A DNA stretch of 64,000 nt from a phage: the sequence record PV357171.2; one strand, 5' to 3'. Below are positions 45,298 through 54,575 of this stretch, in pieces (the first letter of the stretch is position 1; each line of letters opens with the position of its first letter). The notes under the pieces were generated by a model. The model was not told the DNA's origin. It saw only the letters and a list, made by a program, of their open reading frames with translations, and made no database searches. The position numbers and the translations under genes were made by a program.

Positions 45298-45373
45298 ATA
45301 TTTGTAAGTTGATAAACAAGATCTCTTTGTTGATCCTCTGTTAGAAGCGAAGTACACTATAGGAGTGTTATTT

Positions 45374-46126
45374 ATGGGAAAAGCACGTCAAAAAAGAGAG
45401 AACCGCAATGGTTCAAGAAAGCGTGGCAACAAATATGAGAATAACGTAATTCAGGCTGATTTTTCTAATGATTACGCTAACCCAGTTGCTAAATCCCTAG
45501 TAGGTAAAAACCGCGAGCAAAAATCATATATCAATATGATCAAGAACAACACAGTGACTGTGGGTATCGGTGAGCCAGGTACTGGTAAAACCTTTATTCC
45601 GTCCGTTCTTGCAGCTCAGGAACTCGTAGACATTCACTCAGATATTGAGCAAGTGATTCTCGTACGTCCTAATGAACCTCTAGGTAAGTCTCTTGGTATG
45701 CTTCCTGGTGATCTGGCGGAAAAGCTAGAGCCTTGGTTAGAGCCAATAGCTGATGGTATGAAATGGGCCATCGGCGATCATGCCTATAAGGGATATGTCG
45801 AACGTCAGAAAATTAAATTTTTGGCTGTCGAACATGCTCGTGGCAGAACTTTCAACAACTCCTATGTAATTGTCGATGAAGCTCAGAATATTTCCGTTGA
45901 GGCAATGATTTGTCTCCTAACTCGTGTAGGGCAAGACTGCCGTTTAATTATCTGCGGAGATATAGCTCAGAAAGACATTAAAGGTGACTCAGGTCTAGCA
46001 CTCCTTATGGAAGTCTATGAGAAATATGAAAATGCCCCATTCTCAATGATCGAATTGATTGATAACGTTCGTTCTGTTGAGTCTAAAGCATTCTATGATA
46101 TTTTTAAAGATATGGGAAAGGTGTAA
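45374..46126 (+). CDS. phoH: PhoH-like ATPase
   Basis: Walker A GEPGTGKT and Walker B VIVDEAQN; ATG at 45374 after GGAG. Confidence 0.75.
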   Translation: MGKARQKRENRNGSRKRGNKYENNVIQADFSNDYANPVAKSLVGKNREQKSYINMIKNNTVTVGIGEPGTGKTFIPSVLAAQELVDIHSDIEQVILVRPNEPLGKSLGMLPGDLAEKLEPWLEPIADGMKWAIGDHAYKGYVERQKIKFLAVEHARGRTFNNSYVIVDEAQNISVEAMICLLTRVGQDCRLIICGDIAQKDIKGDSGLALLMEVYEKYENAPFSMIELIDNVRSVESKAFYDIFKDMGKV

Positions 46127-46127
46127 T

Positions 46128-46370
46128 ATGGGAAACGTCGTTCATCTGAGCCGTAAAACTAAAATACATCGTACTTCACTGAGTGCTGCTAATATGATTA
46201 CACGTAAGGAAGGGGAAGAAAGTCCTAAGACAGCCCTAGCGTGGAAAATTGTAACCTCAAATCCAAATAAACCATTCAATTATAACGAGCTGAGCACCTC
46301 TATAGATATTCTATTAAAAGAAGTAGCTAGAGCTAAAGTAATTGAACAAGCTAAAAAGCTAGACTGGTAA
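46128..46370 (+). CDS. hypothetical protein
   Basis: 80-aa ORF from ATG at 46128 overlapping phoH stop; ORF track extends upstream in same frame. Confidence 0.4.
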   Translation: MGNVVHLSRKTKIHRTSLSAANMITRKEGEESPKTALAWKIVTSNPNKPFNYNELSTSIDILLKEVARAKVIEQAKKLDW

Positions 46371-46379
46371 TATACAGGG

Positions 46380-46409
46380 CCTGGGTATGAAAATACTCGG
46401 GCCTTTTCT
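46380..46409 (+). terminator. rho-independent terminator with GAAA tetraloop
   Basis: 9-bp stem (two G-U pairs) CCTGGGTAT / ATACTCGGG, GAAA loop, then CCTTTTCT. Confidence 0.5.
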
Positions 46410-46424
46410 ATCAGAAAATTTTAT

Positions 46425-46453
46425 TTGCCTAATGACAGATAATAAAGTAGAAT
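46425..46453 (+). promoter_or_regulatory. candidate promoter (TTGCCT, 17 bp, TAGAAT) upstream of nrdA
   Basis: Hexamers with 17-bp spacer; weaker match than the main family. Confidence 0.35.
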
Positions 46454-46491
46454 ATTCCTTAAATCCTGATAACTATAAAAAGGAAAGCCAA

Positions 46492-48822
46492 ATGAGCCAT
46501 CGCATTGAAAAAGTAATTAAACGTGACGGTACTGTAGAAGACTTTGCTCCTGAAAAACTCAATGGTTGGGCAGAGTATGGTTGCAAAACAGTTGATGTAA
46601 GTTGGTCAGCCATTACTATGGCTGCTCAAAAAACTCTGCCTAAGGGGGTTGTAGATTCCGACACTCTGATGGACGCATTAATTAAAGCTGCTGAAAGTCT
46701 TATCAAAGATAACCCAGCATACGATGTGCCAGCAAAGGAATTACGTCTTGCGCAAATGCGTAAACGCCTTTACGACTCTTTCGAACCACCTTCTCTACGC
46801 TTCTTCCATGACCATATGGTTAGCGTAGGTGCATGGGAAGACATGAGTGCATGGATTACCGATGAGCAGTTCGAAGCTCTGAATCAGGTTATCGACCATG
46901 ATCGTGACCGTCTTTTTACTAGTGGTGGACTGAAACAGTTCTTTGATAAGTATTCCCGTCGTAACATAGCCACTGGTGAAATTTATGAAACTCCGCAGTT
47001 TGCCTACATGGGTATGGCAATGGCGATGTTATCTCAACCTAACTGGACAATTCTAGATGCAATCGACCTCTACAACGCAATGTCACTCCACAAAATCAAC
47101 GTTCCTACGCCGCCACTGGTTGGTCTGCGCTCTAGTGACCGTGGATTTGCTAGTTGCTGCCTCGTGGATTCCACTGACACGTTGGATTCAATCGACACCG
47201 CCGAGCACATCGTCTTCAAAATGGTCGCAGCCAGAGCGGGAATCGGGTATCATCTTGAAAGCCGATCAATTGCTGATCCGGTGCGAAATGGGGCATTCCC
47301 GCATTCCGGAAAACTGCCATATTATCGACACATTGACCGCTCAGTAAAGGCCAATACTCAGCAAACTCGTGGTGGTTCTGCCACAGTGTCTTATCCGTAC
47401 TTCGACCCTGAAATCATTCAATTGATGCAGGTTAAGCAACAACGTGCTACAGATGAGAATAAAATCGATAAGATGGATTATTCTCTGAGCTTCAACAATC
47501 TTTTGTTAAAACGTTATCTGAAAAATGAAGATATTACGCTAATGTCATACTTCTATGCTCCAGAAGTTCATGAAGCGTTTTATAGTGATGACGAGGCTAA
47601 ATTTGAAGAAATCTATGTGGCAGCGGAGAAACGTGTGGCATCTCTTACAAAGATCGACCATGAAGGAAAAACAGTTCCAGCAGCTCCTAAAGTCTCTGCA
47701 AAAGAAATCCTAGATACTTGGCTACGTATCCGAATGGAAACAGGACGTATGTATGCCCACCACATCGGGGAATCTAATCGTCACGGTAACTTCCTTGATC
47801 CGATCCGTATGACAAACCTTTGTGTTGAAATTACTCAGCCTACGCGCCCGTTCCACCACATTACAGAGTTGTATAAGACAAAAGAACAACTTGATCAAAT
47901 GAAGCCGGAGGATATTGGTGAAGTATCTCTGTGTAACTTAGGTGGTGTTGTACTTGGACGCATGGAATCTCTGGCTGAGTGGGAAAAAACTTGCTACATC
48001 CTCCTGAAATTCGTTGATACAATTATTGAAATTCAGGATTACCCATTCCCAACTATGGAATATACGGCTAAGAAACGTCGTAATGTTGGTATTGGTCTGA
48101 TGAACGCAGCAGGTGCAATGGCAGCAGAAGGTCTGGCTTACGAAGGTATTGAAGCACGTAACTGGATTCATCGTGAAGCTGAAAAATTGTCCTACTTCCT
48201 GCATAAAGCCTCTGTACGTCTAGCCAAAGAGCAAGGTGCATGTGAGTGGTTTGATCGTACTAAACCATCTAAAGGAATTCTGGTAATCGACACGTACAAG
48301 AAAACTGTTGATGAACTGGTATCCGTAGGTCTAGAAATGGATTGGGAGTCTCTGCGTGCAGATATTCTGAAATACGGTATGCGTAACTCTGTTCTGACTG
48401 CGCAGATGCCGGGAGAAAGTTCTTCCGTTCTATTAGGGGTTACTAACTCTATTGAACCACCTCGTAAGATTGTATCTATCAAGGGTAGTGCAGTGAATAA
48501 AGTAATTGCAATTGCTCCAGGTGCAACCGACTGGGAAACGTTAATGAGCTATAAACTGGCTTATGATATTGATCGCACTGAGTGGATCAAGTGGAATGCC
48601 GTTTACCAAAAATTCTTGAGTCAGTCATCAAGTTTCCAGATGTATTATGATTACTCTAAATTCGAGAATGAAATCATCCCTGGCCCAGTAGTAATTCGTG
48701 ATTTTATGACTGCGGTTAAGTATGGCATAAAAACCTGGTATTATGCTAACTTTAACACTGCGAATGGTGGAGGAGCTGGTGAGGAAGCAGCGGGTTGTGC
48801 TTCTGGTGGTTGCCAGTTATAA
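46492..48822 (+). CDS. nrdA: ribonucleoside-diphosphate reductase large subunit (class Ia)
   Basis: ATP-cone N-terminus, active-site NLCVEI, C-terminal Cys pair (CASGGC); ATG at 46492 after AAAGGAAAG. Confidence 0.85.
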   Translation: MSHRIEKVIKRDGTVEDFAPEKLNGWAEYGCKTVDVSWSAITMAAQKTLPKGVVDSDTLMDALIKAAESLIKDNPAYDVPAKELRLAQMRKRLYDSFEPPSLRFFHDHMVSVGAWEDMSAWITDEQFEALNQVIDHDRDRLFTSGGLKQFFDKYSRRNIATGEIYETPQFAYMGMAMAMLSQPNWTILDAIDLYNAMSLHKINVPTPPLVGLRSSDRGFASCCLVDSTDTLDSIDTAEHIVFKMVAARAGIGYHLESRSIADPVRNGAFPHSGKLPYYRHIDRSVKANTQQTRGGSATVSYPYFDPEIIQLMQVKQQRATDENKIDKMDYSLSFNNLLLKRYLKNEDITLMSYFYAPEVHEAFYSDDEAKFEEIYVAAEKRVASLTKIDHEGKTVPAAPKVSAKEILDTWLRIRMETGRMYAHHIGESNRHGNFLDPIRMTNLCVEITQPTRPFHHITELYKTKEQLDQMKPEDIGEVSLCNLGGVVLGRMESLAEWEKTCYILLKFVDTIIEIQDYPFPTMEYTAKKRRNVGIGLMNAAGAMAAEGLAYEGIEARNWIHREAEKLSYFLHKASVRLAKEQGACEWFDRTKPSKGILVIDTYKKTVDELVSVGLEMDWESLRADILKYGMRNSVLTAQMPGESSSVLLGVTNSIEPPRKIVSIKGSAVNKVIAIAPGATDWETLMSYKLAYDIDRTEWIKWNAVYQKFLSQSSSFQMYYDYSKFENEIIPGPVVIRDFMTAVKYGIKTWYYANFNTANGGGAGEEAAGCASGGCQL

Positions 48823-48830
48823 TAAAAACA

Positions 48831-48858
48831 AGGAGATCTTCGGGTCTCCTTTTTCTTT
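48831..48858 (+). terminator. rho-independent terminator with UUCG tetraloop
   Basis: AGGAGATC-TTCG-GGTCTCCT followed by TTTTCTTT. Confidence 0.7.
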
Positions 48859-48868
48859 GAAATTTTAC

Positions 48869-48897
48869 TTGCTAATCGCTACCTGATTTGCTATAAT
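48869..48897 (+). promoter_or_regulatory. early promoter for HNH gene between nrdA and nrdB
   Basis: TTGCTA, 17 bp, TATAAT. Confidence 0.6.
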
Positions 48898-48903
48898 ATC
48901 TAT

Positions 48904-49401
48904 ATGAAATTAACACAGAGTAGATTAAAAGAGCTAATCTCCTATGACCCTGAAACTGGCGAATTTACCTGGCTCCCAAGAAAAACTTTAGCAAAGCATT
49001 TATGGAATGCTAAAGCAGGAACCTACGATAAATTAGGGTATCTTCGTATAAAAGTTGAAGGAGTTCAATATTTAGCTCATCGCCTAGCCTTCTTGTATAT
49101 GACTGGAGAAATACCGGAAGGAAAAATCGACCATAAAGATACTAATCCGTCTAATTGTGCCTGGGATAATCTCCGTGAAGCCACGAGTTCTCAAAATTCT
49201 ATGAACTCGTGTGCAAGATCGGATAACCAGCTTGGAATGAAAAATATTCGTGTAAAAGGCACTTCATTTCAGGTTAGGATAGGCAAAGACGGCAAATCTT
49301 ATACAAAAACTTTTAAAACCCTAGAAGAAGCTATAGAATGGAGAGACACCAAACTACTAGAACTTCATGGGGACTTTGCAAACAACGGAGAAGCTAAATG
49401 A
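48904..49401 (+). CDS. HNH homing endonuclease inserted between nrdA and nrdB
   Basis: GYLRIKVEGVQYLAHRLAFLYMTGEIPEGKIDHKDTNPSNCAWDNLRE motif. Confidence 0.7.
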   Translation: MKLTQSRLKELISYDPETGEFTWLPRKTLAKHLWNAKAGTYDKLGYLRIKVEGVQYLAHRLAFLYMTGEIPEGKIDHKDTNPSNCAWDNLREATSSQNSMNSCARSDNQLGMKNIRVKGTSFQVRIGKDGKSYTKTFKTLEEAIEWRDTKLLELHGDFANNGEAK

Positions 49402-50543
49402 CTACTTTACTTAACTTAGAATGGGATCATACTAACGCTGACCTTTTCCTGGGAGATTCTCTTGGTATCGCAGACTATGTTCGTGTTGCTCATCCCGAGC
49501 TAGAACGACTCGCCCTACTGCAGAGGAGCCAGTTTTGGACTGAGACAGAAATCAGTTTAGAAGCTGATAAAAAGCAGTGGGGTAATCTCCCGCGTGAAAT
49601 TCAGGAAATTACACTCCTGAACTTAGCATGGCAAACTCAAACTGATTCCTTTATCAGTCGTGCTCCTGAAGCAGCTATTATGCCACTTGTAAGTCGCCCA
49701 GAATTGGAAGGTATGCTCAAGCAGTGGAGCTACTTCGAAGATCTGCATAGCCGTGCATATAGTAATATTATTCGTAATGTGCTGACTGATCCAGCAGAAT
49801 TTATTGATTCTGTAACCAAAAACCAGGAAGCATTCGCACGCATCGCTGATTCTGTTGAGCTATTTGATGAGCTATATCAGTTAGGTCAGTATTTCCTAGC
49901 AGTACGTGATCATCGTGGCGATAATACTTACCCAGAAACCGAGTTTCCTGAAGTTAAACGTGAAACTCAGGCTAAGCTATTAGACGCTTACTTTGCAATC
50001 TACGGTCTGGAAGCAATGCAGTTTTACGCATCCTTTGCATGTACCTTTGCATTAGCGGAGAACGATATTCTGCAAGGTATTGCTAAAAACCTGCAATTAA
50101 TCGCTAAAGATGAAGCTCTGCACACTCAGATGTCCAAAGCAATCATCCAGATTATGTTTCAGCAATTTGACAAAGATCTGGTAGATGAAGCAGTGGCTAA
50201 AGCACCAGCACAGCTCCTGAAAACTCTGAAAACTGAAATTGAATGGGGTCATTTCATTTTCAAAGGTCGTAGTCTGATTGGTTTAAATGCAGAACTTCTA
50301 GAAGAATATCTGTATTTTGTGGGACGTAATGCATTTATGCACATCGGTGTAGAATGGCCTAGTCATTTACCAGTAATCACCAAAAACCCTATTCCGTGGA
50401 TCATGAACTGGTTGGATACCACTTCTTTACAGCCTGCTCCACAAGAAATCCAGATTGGTGCAGCATATCGTGTAGGTCAAGTCACCGAAACCTCTACTGA
50501 TACTCTGAAAGATCTGGGTAATGAATTTGGAGATTTCTTATGA
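49398..50543 (+). CDS. nrdB: ribonucleoside-diphosphate reductase small subunit
   Basis: Di-iron ligand helices (E..H pairs) and C-terminal acidic tail; follows nrdA. Confidence 0.8.
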   Translation: MTTLLNLEWDHTNADLFLGDSLGIADYVRVAHPELERLALLQRSQFWTETEISLEADKKQWGNLPREIQEITLLNLAWQTQTDSFISRAPEAAIMPLVSRPELEGMLKQWSYFEDLHSRAYSNIIRNVLTDPAEFIDSVTKNQEAFARIADSVELFDELYQLGQYFLAVRDHRGDNTYPETEFPEVKRETQAKLLDAYFAIYGLEAMQFYASFACTFALAENDILQGIAKNLQLIAKDEALHTQMSKAIIQIMFQQFDKDLVDEAVAKAPAQLLKTLKTEIEWGHFIFKGRSLIGLNAELLEEYLYFVGRNAFMHIGVEWPSHLPVITKNPIPWIMNWLDTTSLQPAPQEIQIGAAYRVGQVTETSTDTLKDLGNEFGDFL

Positions 50544-51073
50544 TTACAGCAATGTATGCAGTTGGGCCGAATGGGGAGTTCGGCCTCCGCGGTAAACTTC
50601 CATGGGGTTCCTTCAAAGAAGAACTAGATGCTTTCTATTCTCAACTGGACGTGTTGAATCCAGATAACATCATCATTGGTGCGGGTACTTATTTAGCACT
50701 TCCAGAAGTTGTTCGGCAACGTATGATTGGAGAATCAGACCTCTTTATTCGTGCGGATCGTCCTCTGCCTGATGATATTAAACAGGGTATCTATACCCCA
50801 ATTTCAAAGATTGGGGATACATTACCTACATTCTTAAAAGATCAGCAAACAGTAGTTCTAGGCGGTGCAACATTACTGTACGAAATGTATATTCATGGGC
50901 ATATTGAAAGCGCTTTTGTATCCACAATCTTTAGTAATCAAAAACTAGAGGCAGATGTACATCTGGATAATACGATTCTAGATTACAACTATGAATCTAC
51001 TCGTTTAGTTTACGCAACTGGCGCAAACAGTGATAACAGCCTGCGATTTGTACAGGAATTGGTTACTTATTAA
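50540..51073 (+). CDS. dihydrofolate reductase
   Basis: N-terminal IxAM..N..IG...LPW motif of DHFR; 177 aa; beside thymidylate synthase. Confidence 0.7.
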   Translation: MITAMYAVGPNGEFGLRGKLPWGSFKEELDAFYSQLDVLNPDNIIIGAGTYLALPEVVRQRMIGESDLFIRADRPLPDDIKQGIYTPISKIGDTLPTFLKDQQTVVLGGATLLYEMYIHGHIESAFVSTIFSNQKLEADVHLDNTILDYNYESTRLVYATGANSDNSLRFVQELVTY

Positions 51074-51927
51074 TGGATCAGTATATCGAAGTTGGAAAAC
51101 GTATTCTATCAGAGGGTCAGTGGGTAACGAATCCCAGAACAGGGGTTCGTTGCCTCACCATTATTAACGCAGATTTTACTTTTAATGTAGGTGCAGGTGA
51201 ATTTCCACTTATTACTACCCGTAAGGCGTTTGCAAAACAAGCAATAATGGAAATGATTGGGTATCTACGTGGGTATGATTCAGCAGCACAATTCCGCGCT
51301 ATTGGTGTTAACACATGGAATGCTAATGCAAATGAAAACTTAGCTTGGCTAGACAATCCATACCGTAAAGGTGAGGATGATATGGGACGAGTCTATGGTG
51401 TTCAAGGACGTCAGTGGACTAATTCCGATGGTCTTATGTTTGACCAACTAGCCAAGATTTATCATAACCTGAAGAAGGGCATTGATGATCGTGGGGAAAT
51501 TCTAACGTTCTGGAATCCTGGAGAGTTCTCGAAAGGTTGCTTACGTCCATGTATGCACACTCATCAGTTCTCTATTTTGGGGGATACATTATACCTGAAC
51601 TCTTTCCAGAGATCTAATGACTTCCTGTTAGGCCAAGTATTTAACATGGTTCAGTGCTACACGCTTCTAGCATTAATGGCACAGATTACAGGCCTTAAAC
51701 CAGGGATTGCACGCCAGAAGATTATCAATCTTCATATCTATGAGGATCAGTATAATGTTTTGATGGAGCATAAGCAATTCGATCGTGAACCTTTTGCACC
51801 TCCTACTCTAGAAATCAACCCAAATATCCGAACTCTAGAGGATGTATTGACCTGGGTAAGCAAGGATGACTTTACTGTTCGTGGTTACGAGCACCACCCT
51901 GCTATTGCATATCCATTCACTGTGTAA
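51073..51927 (+). CDS. thyA: thymidylate synthase
   Basis: Active-site region [10 protein letters not shown] and conserved ThyA blocks; 284 aa, uninterrupted. Confidence 0.8.
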   Translation: MDQYIEVGKRILSEGQWVTNPRTGVRCLTIINADFTFNVGAGEFPLITTRKAFAKQAIMEMIGYLRGYDSAAQFRAIGVNTWNANANENLAWLDNPYRKGEDDMGRVYGVQGRQWTNSDGLMFDQLAKIYHNLKKGIDDRGEILTFWNPGEFSKGCLRPCMHTHQFSILGDTLYLNSFQRSNDFLLGQVFNMVQCYTLLALMAQITGLKPGIARQKIINLHIYEDQYNVLMEHKQFDREPFAPPTLEINPNIRTLEDVLTWVSKDDFTVRGYEHHPAIAYPFTV

Positions 51928-51944
51928 TTCAAATAAAATATTAC

Positions 51945-51973
51945 TTGCTTGATGTCTAAATTTATAATATAAT
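51945..51973 (+). promoter_or_regulatory. early promoter
   Basis: TTGCTT, 17 bp, TATAAT. Confidence 0.55.
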
Positions 51974-52006
51974 ATTTCCTATATGTATATTATAGGGGAT
52001 TTACTT

Positions 52007-52561
52007 ATGATTATAAAAGAAGGATGGACAAAAGAGTCCGCACGAGCTAGATTTATATACAACCCTGATACAGGGGAGATTTTTAACAGAGTAAATAGCG
52101 GACGTGCTAGAAAAGGAGAATTAGCCGGGTATATTGATAAATCTACGGGGTATGTTAGACTAGTATTATCTGGTAAAAGGATTAAAGGACATCAGCTAGC
52201 CTTCTTATATATGGAAGGCTATATACCTGATACCATAGACCATATTAATAGAATAAAATCAGATAATAAATGGACTAATCTAAGGGAATCATCGGCTCAA
52301 GAAAATGCTAGAAATATTAGGGCAAGAAGTAAATCGGGCTATTTAGGTGTTGGTTGGTATAAGCCAACCCAAAACTGGTGTGTTTATACTAAGGATAAAG
52401 ATGGAGTCCAAGTTAACGGAGGCTACTTTGCATACAAAGAACTAGAGTTAGCAGTTCAAAAGGCTAATGAACTTCGCTTACAGTTACATGGAGAAAACGC
52501 TGTTATAGAAGCTTTTGATTCCACAAAACCACTTCCCACATTAGAGGATCTTAATAAATGA
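52007..52561 (+). CDS. HNH homing endonuclease
   Basis: GYVRLVLSGKRIKGHQLAFLYMEGYIPDTIDHINRIKSDNKWTNLRE; ATG at 52007. Confidence 0.7.
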   Translation: MIIKEGWTKESARARFIYNPDTGEIFNRVNSGRARKGELAGYIDKSTGYVRLVLSGKRIKGHQLAFLYMEGYIPDTIDHINRIKSDNKWTNLRESSAQENARNIRARSKSGYLGVGWYKPTQNWCVYTKDKDGVQVNGGYFAYKELELAVQKANELRLQLHGENAVIEAFDSTKPLPTLEDLNK

Positions 52562-53037
52562 GTACATTCCACGTTTACACAGATGGTGCTTGTAAGTCTA
52601 ATCCGGGTTTAGGTGCTTGGGGATTTATTGTCTATGATGATAATGATGATCGTTTAGGTTCTAAATCTGGCTATAACCCTAAAACCACAAATAACGAGAT
52701 GGAACTCACGGCTATTGTAGAGGCTCTTCGCTGGTCTGTTAAAAAAGATAATAGACCAATTGCTATCTATACTGATTCTGCTTATTGCAAAAATGGTATG
52801 GAAAGTTGGATGTTTTCTTGGCAAAGGAAAGGCTGGAAGAAAGCAGATGGTGAAGTTCCTCTTAATCTAGAACTTTGGCAGGAAGCATTTAAATTAACAC
52901 AGCAGTATATCAACTTTCATAATACTAATCCTACCTTTATTAAGGTTAAAGGACATTCTGGTATTAGTGGTAATGAAGCTGTAGACGCCTTATGTAATAC
53001 AGTTATTACTGAAGCTGAAATGGCTGAGATGTTATAA
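52558..53037 (+). CDS. ribonuclease H
   Basis: YTDGAC...G.GAWG, TNNEMEL, YTDS motifs of RNase H1. Confidence 0.75.
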   Translation: MSTFHVYTDGACKSNPGLGAWGFIVYDDNDDRLGSKSGYNPKTTNNEMELTAIVEALRWSVKKDNRPIAIYTDSAYCKNGMESWMFSWQRKGWKKADGEVPLNLELWQEAFKLTQQYINFHNTNPTFIKVKGHSGISGNEAVDALCNTVITEAEMAEML

Positions 53038-53054
53038 ATAAATTAAAAATTTTC

Positions 53055-53083
53055 TTGCTTAAAGCCCTCTAATTTAGTATAAT
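53055..53083 (+). promoter_or_regulatory. early promoter with palindrome arm in its spacer
   Basis: TTGCTT, 17 bp, TATAAT; spacer AAAGCCCTC is the inverted repeat of GAGGGCTTT at 53102-53110. Confidence 0.6.
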
Positions 53084-53110
53084 ATTCGTATTGAAAGTGA
53101 GGAGGGCTTT

Positions 53111-53389
53111 ATGCGAATTTATAACTCAAATTCATTAGGATTTAAACCATTGAGAAAACGTGCACAATCACCTCGTCAAATAAGAAAGGCTAATATTGGT
53201 GAGCCAGAGACACGCCTTCCACCTCCTCCAGAACAACGTTTAGTTTATCTGGACGAAGAATTAGCTGAACGCGAAAGAAAAGCTCAAGAAGAGATTGAGC
53301 GTAAGAAAATGTGTACTGCTCCAGCGTATAATAAAGGGGCGTATCAATACGTCTCAGATGCCGAACAAGCTAAGATGGTTGGTAGATAA
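53111..53389 (+). CDS. hypothetical protein
   Basis: 92-aa ORF. Confidence 0.4.
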   Translation: MRIYNSNSLGFKPLRKRAQSPRQIRKANIGEPETRLPPPPEQRLVYLDEELAERERKAQEEIERKKMCTAPAYNKGAYQYVSDAEQAKMVGR

Positions 53390-53405
53390 TTTTTAAAAAA
53401 TTCAT

Positions 53406-53434
53406 TTGCTAAACGCTTCAAATTCTTGTATAAT
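53406..53434 (+). promoter_or_regulatory. early promoter
   Basis: TTGCTA, 17 bp, TATAATATACTTCATAAATT. Confidence 0.65.
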
Positions 53435-53472
53435 ATACTTCATAAATTGATAAACAAAAAGGAAAACAAATA

Positions 53473-53988
53473 ATGGCTAAGCAGAAAAACGCAAAAACTC
53501 AAGCAGCTCCGGCAGTTAAAACTTTCCCGAAGACTGAGGCTAATCGCAAAGCTCGGCTGGAACGTCACCTGCGTAAGCATCCTACCGATGCTCAGGCTGC
53601 GCAAGCACTGAATAATCCGGCTCCGATTCGTAAGAAGCCTAAAGCTAAAAATGCCACCCGTAAATCCTACAAAATGGTTATGTATGTAGAAAATTACGGC
53701 CACAAATCTGTCCCAGTTTCCCTGAGCTTCAACGCTGGAGCTGAATTGTTCTCTCGTAATGGTATGTCTATGAAAGACTATGAGAAGGCAGTTAACCAGA
53801 AGCGTAAACCAACAGCAGATGTATTGCGTGATACTCGTGGACAGTTTGGTTCTGTTAAGCCAAATATCTTTGGCGTAGAGTATAGTAAAGATAATGTTCG
53901 TGCTCTGTGTTACGGTGTAGGCATTAAGTTCACGGGTGATTCTGCTCGTAAATCTGCTAAACCAGCTCGTAAACGTAAAGCGAAGTAA
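53473..53988 (+). CDS. hypothetical basic protein
   Basis: 171-aa Lys/Arg/Ala-rich ORF. Confidence 0.4.
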   Translation: MAKQKNAKTQAAPAVKTFPKTEANRKARLERHLRKHPTDAQAAQALNNPAPIRKKPKAKNATRKSYKMVMYVENYGHKSVPVSLSFNAGAELFSRNGMSMKDYEKAVNQKRKPTADVLRDTRGQFGSVKPNIFGVEYSKDNVRALCYGVGIKFTGDSARKSAKPARKRKAK

Positions 53989-54052
53989 TAGATAAATAGG
54001 GGCAGAAGCCCCTACAATCTACTAATTCTCTAACTAATCAAGGATATTTTTT

Positions 54053-54268
54053 ATGTTCTCTAAGAAACCACGTTCCGTTACTGAAATCGTTGCTTCCTTT
54101 ACCACTATCACTGATGAGCTTCAAGCTCGTATTGAGGCTGATCAAAAAATTGCGGCGGATATTCAGAAACAGCAGGAAGAACTCGCTTTAAAGTTGGCTG
54201 AAACCAACAAGAGTGAAAAATCTGCCCAAACTATTATGGAAAATATTCTTAAACTGCTGGGCGAGTAA
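54053..54268 (+). CDS. hypothetical protein
   Basis: 71-aa ORF flanked by GGGGC-NNNN-GCCCC tetraloop hairpins. Confidence 0.35.
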   Translation: MFSKKPRSVTEIVASFTTITDELQARIEADQKIAADIQKQQEELALKLAETNKSEKSAQTIMENILKLLGE

Positions 54269-54310
54269 TTTAAGTTAGGGGGCGAAAGCCCCTCTTAGTT
54301 TGGAGAAACT

Positions 54311-54547
54311 ATGCGTAATTTTGTAGCAAAGAATGATTTTAACCGTGCTAGCACTCATAAGTCCGCTAGAGATTATACACGACTTTCTAGTCACGAGGTA
54401 ATGGATACCTGTTATGAAGAGCTGGAAGGTAGCTGGGATGAATGGCCCGACTTCTCTATGGAAGAGAACTGGGATGTCAGTGAGGATATGCTTCCTGGTT
54501 TTAAAGACCCCAAGAAGTGGGAGTCTATTAAAGAGACAGCTCTTTAA
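54311..54547 (+). CDS. hypothetical protein
   Basis: 78-aa acidic ORF. Confidence 0.35.
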   Translation: MRNFVAKNDFNRASTHKSARDYTRLSSHEVMDTCYEELEGSWDEWPDFSMEENWDVSEDMLPGFKDPKKWESIKETAL

Positions 54548-54575
54548 TAGTTTTCTACACAGTAAAGGATAAGTT

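Noticed and set aside
46387-46491. N-terminal extension of nrdA in the ORF track (MKILGPFLSENF…)
   Set aside because: Extension spans a terminator hairpin and a promoter-like site; the ATG at 46492 has a proper RBS and begins the ATP-cone domain.
51073-51927. Group I intron in thyA, nrdB or nrdD as in T4-type phages
   Set aside because: All three ORFs are uninterrupted and of normal length; the HNH genes are free-standing between genes, not within introns.
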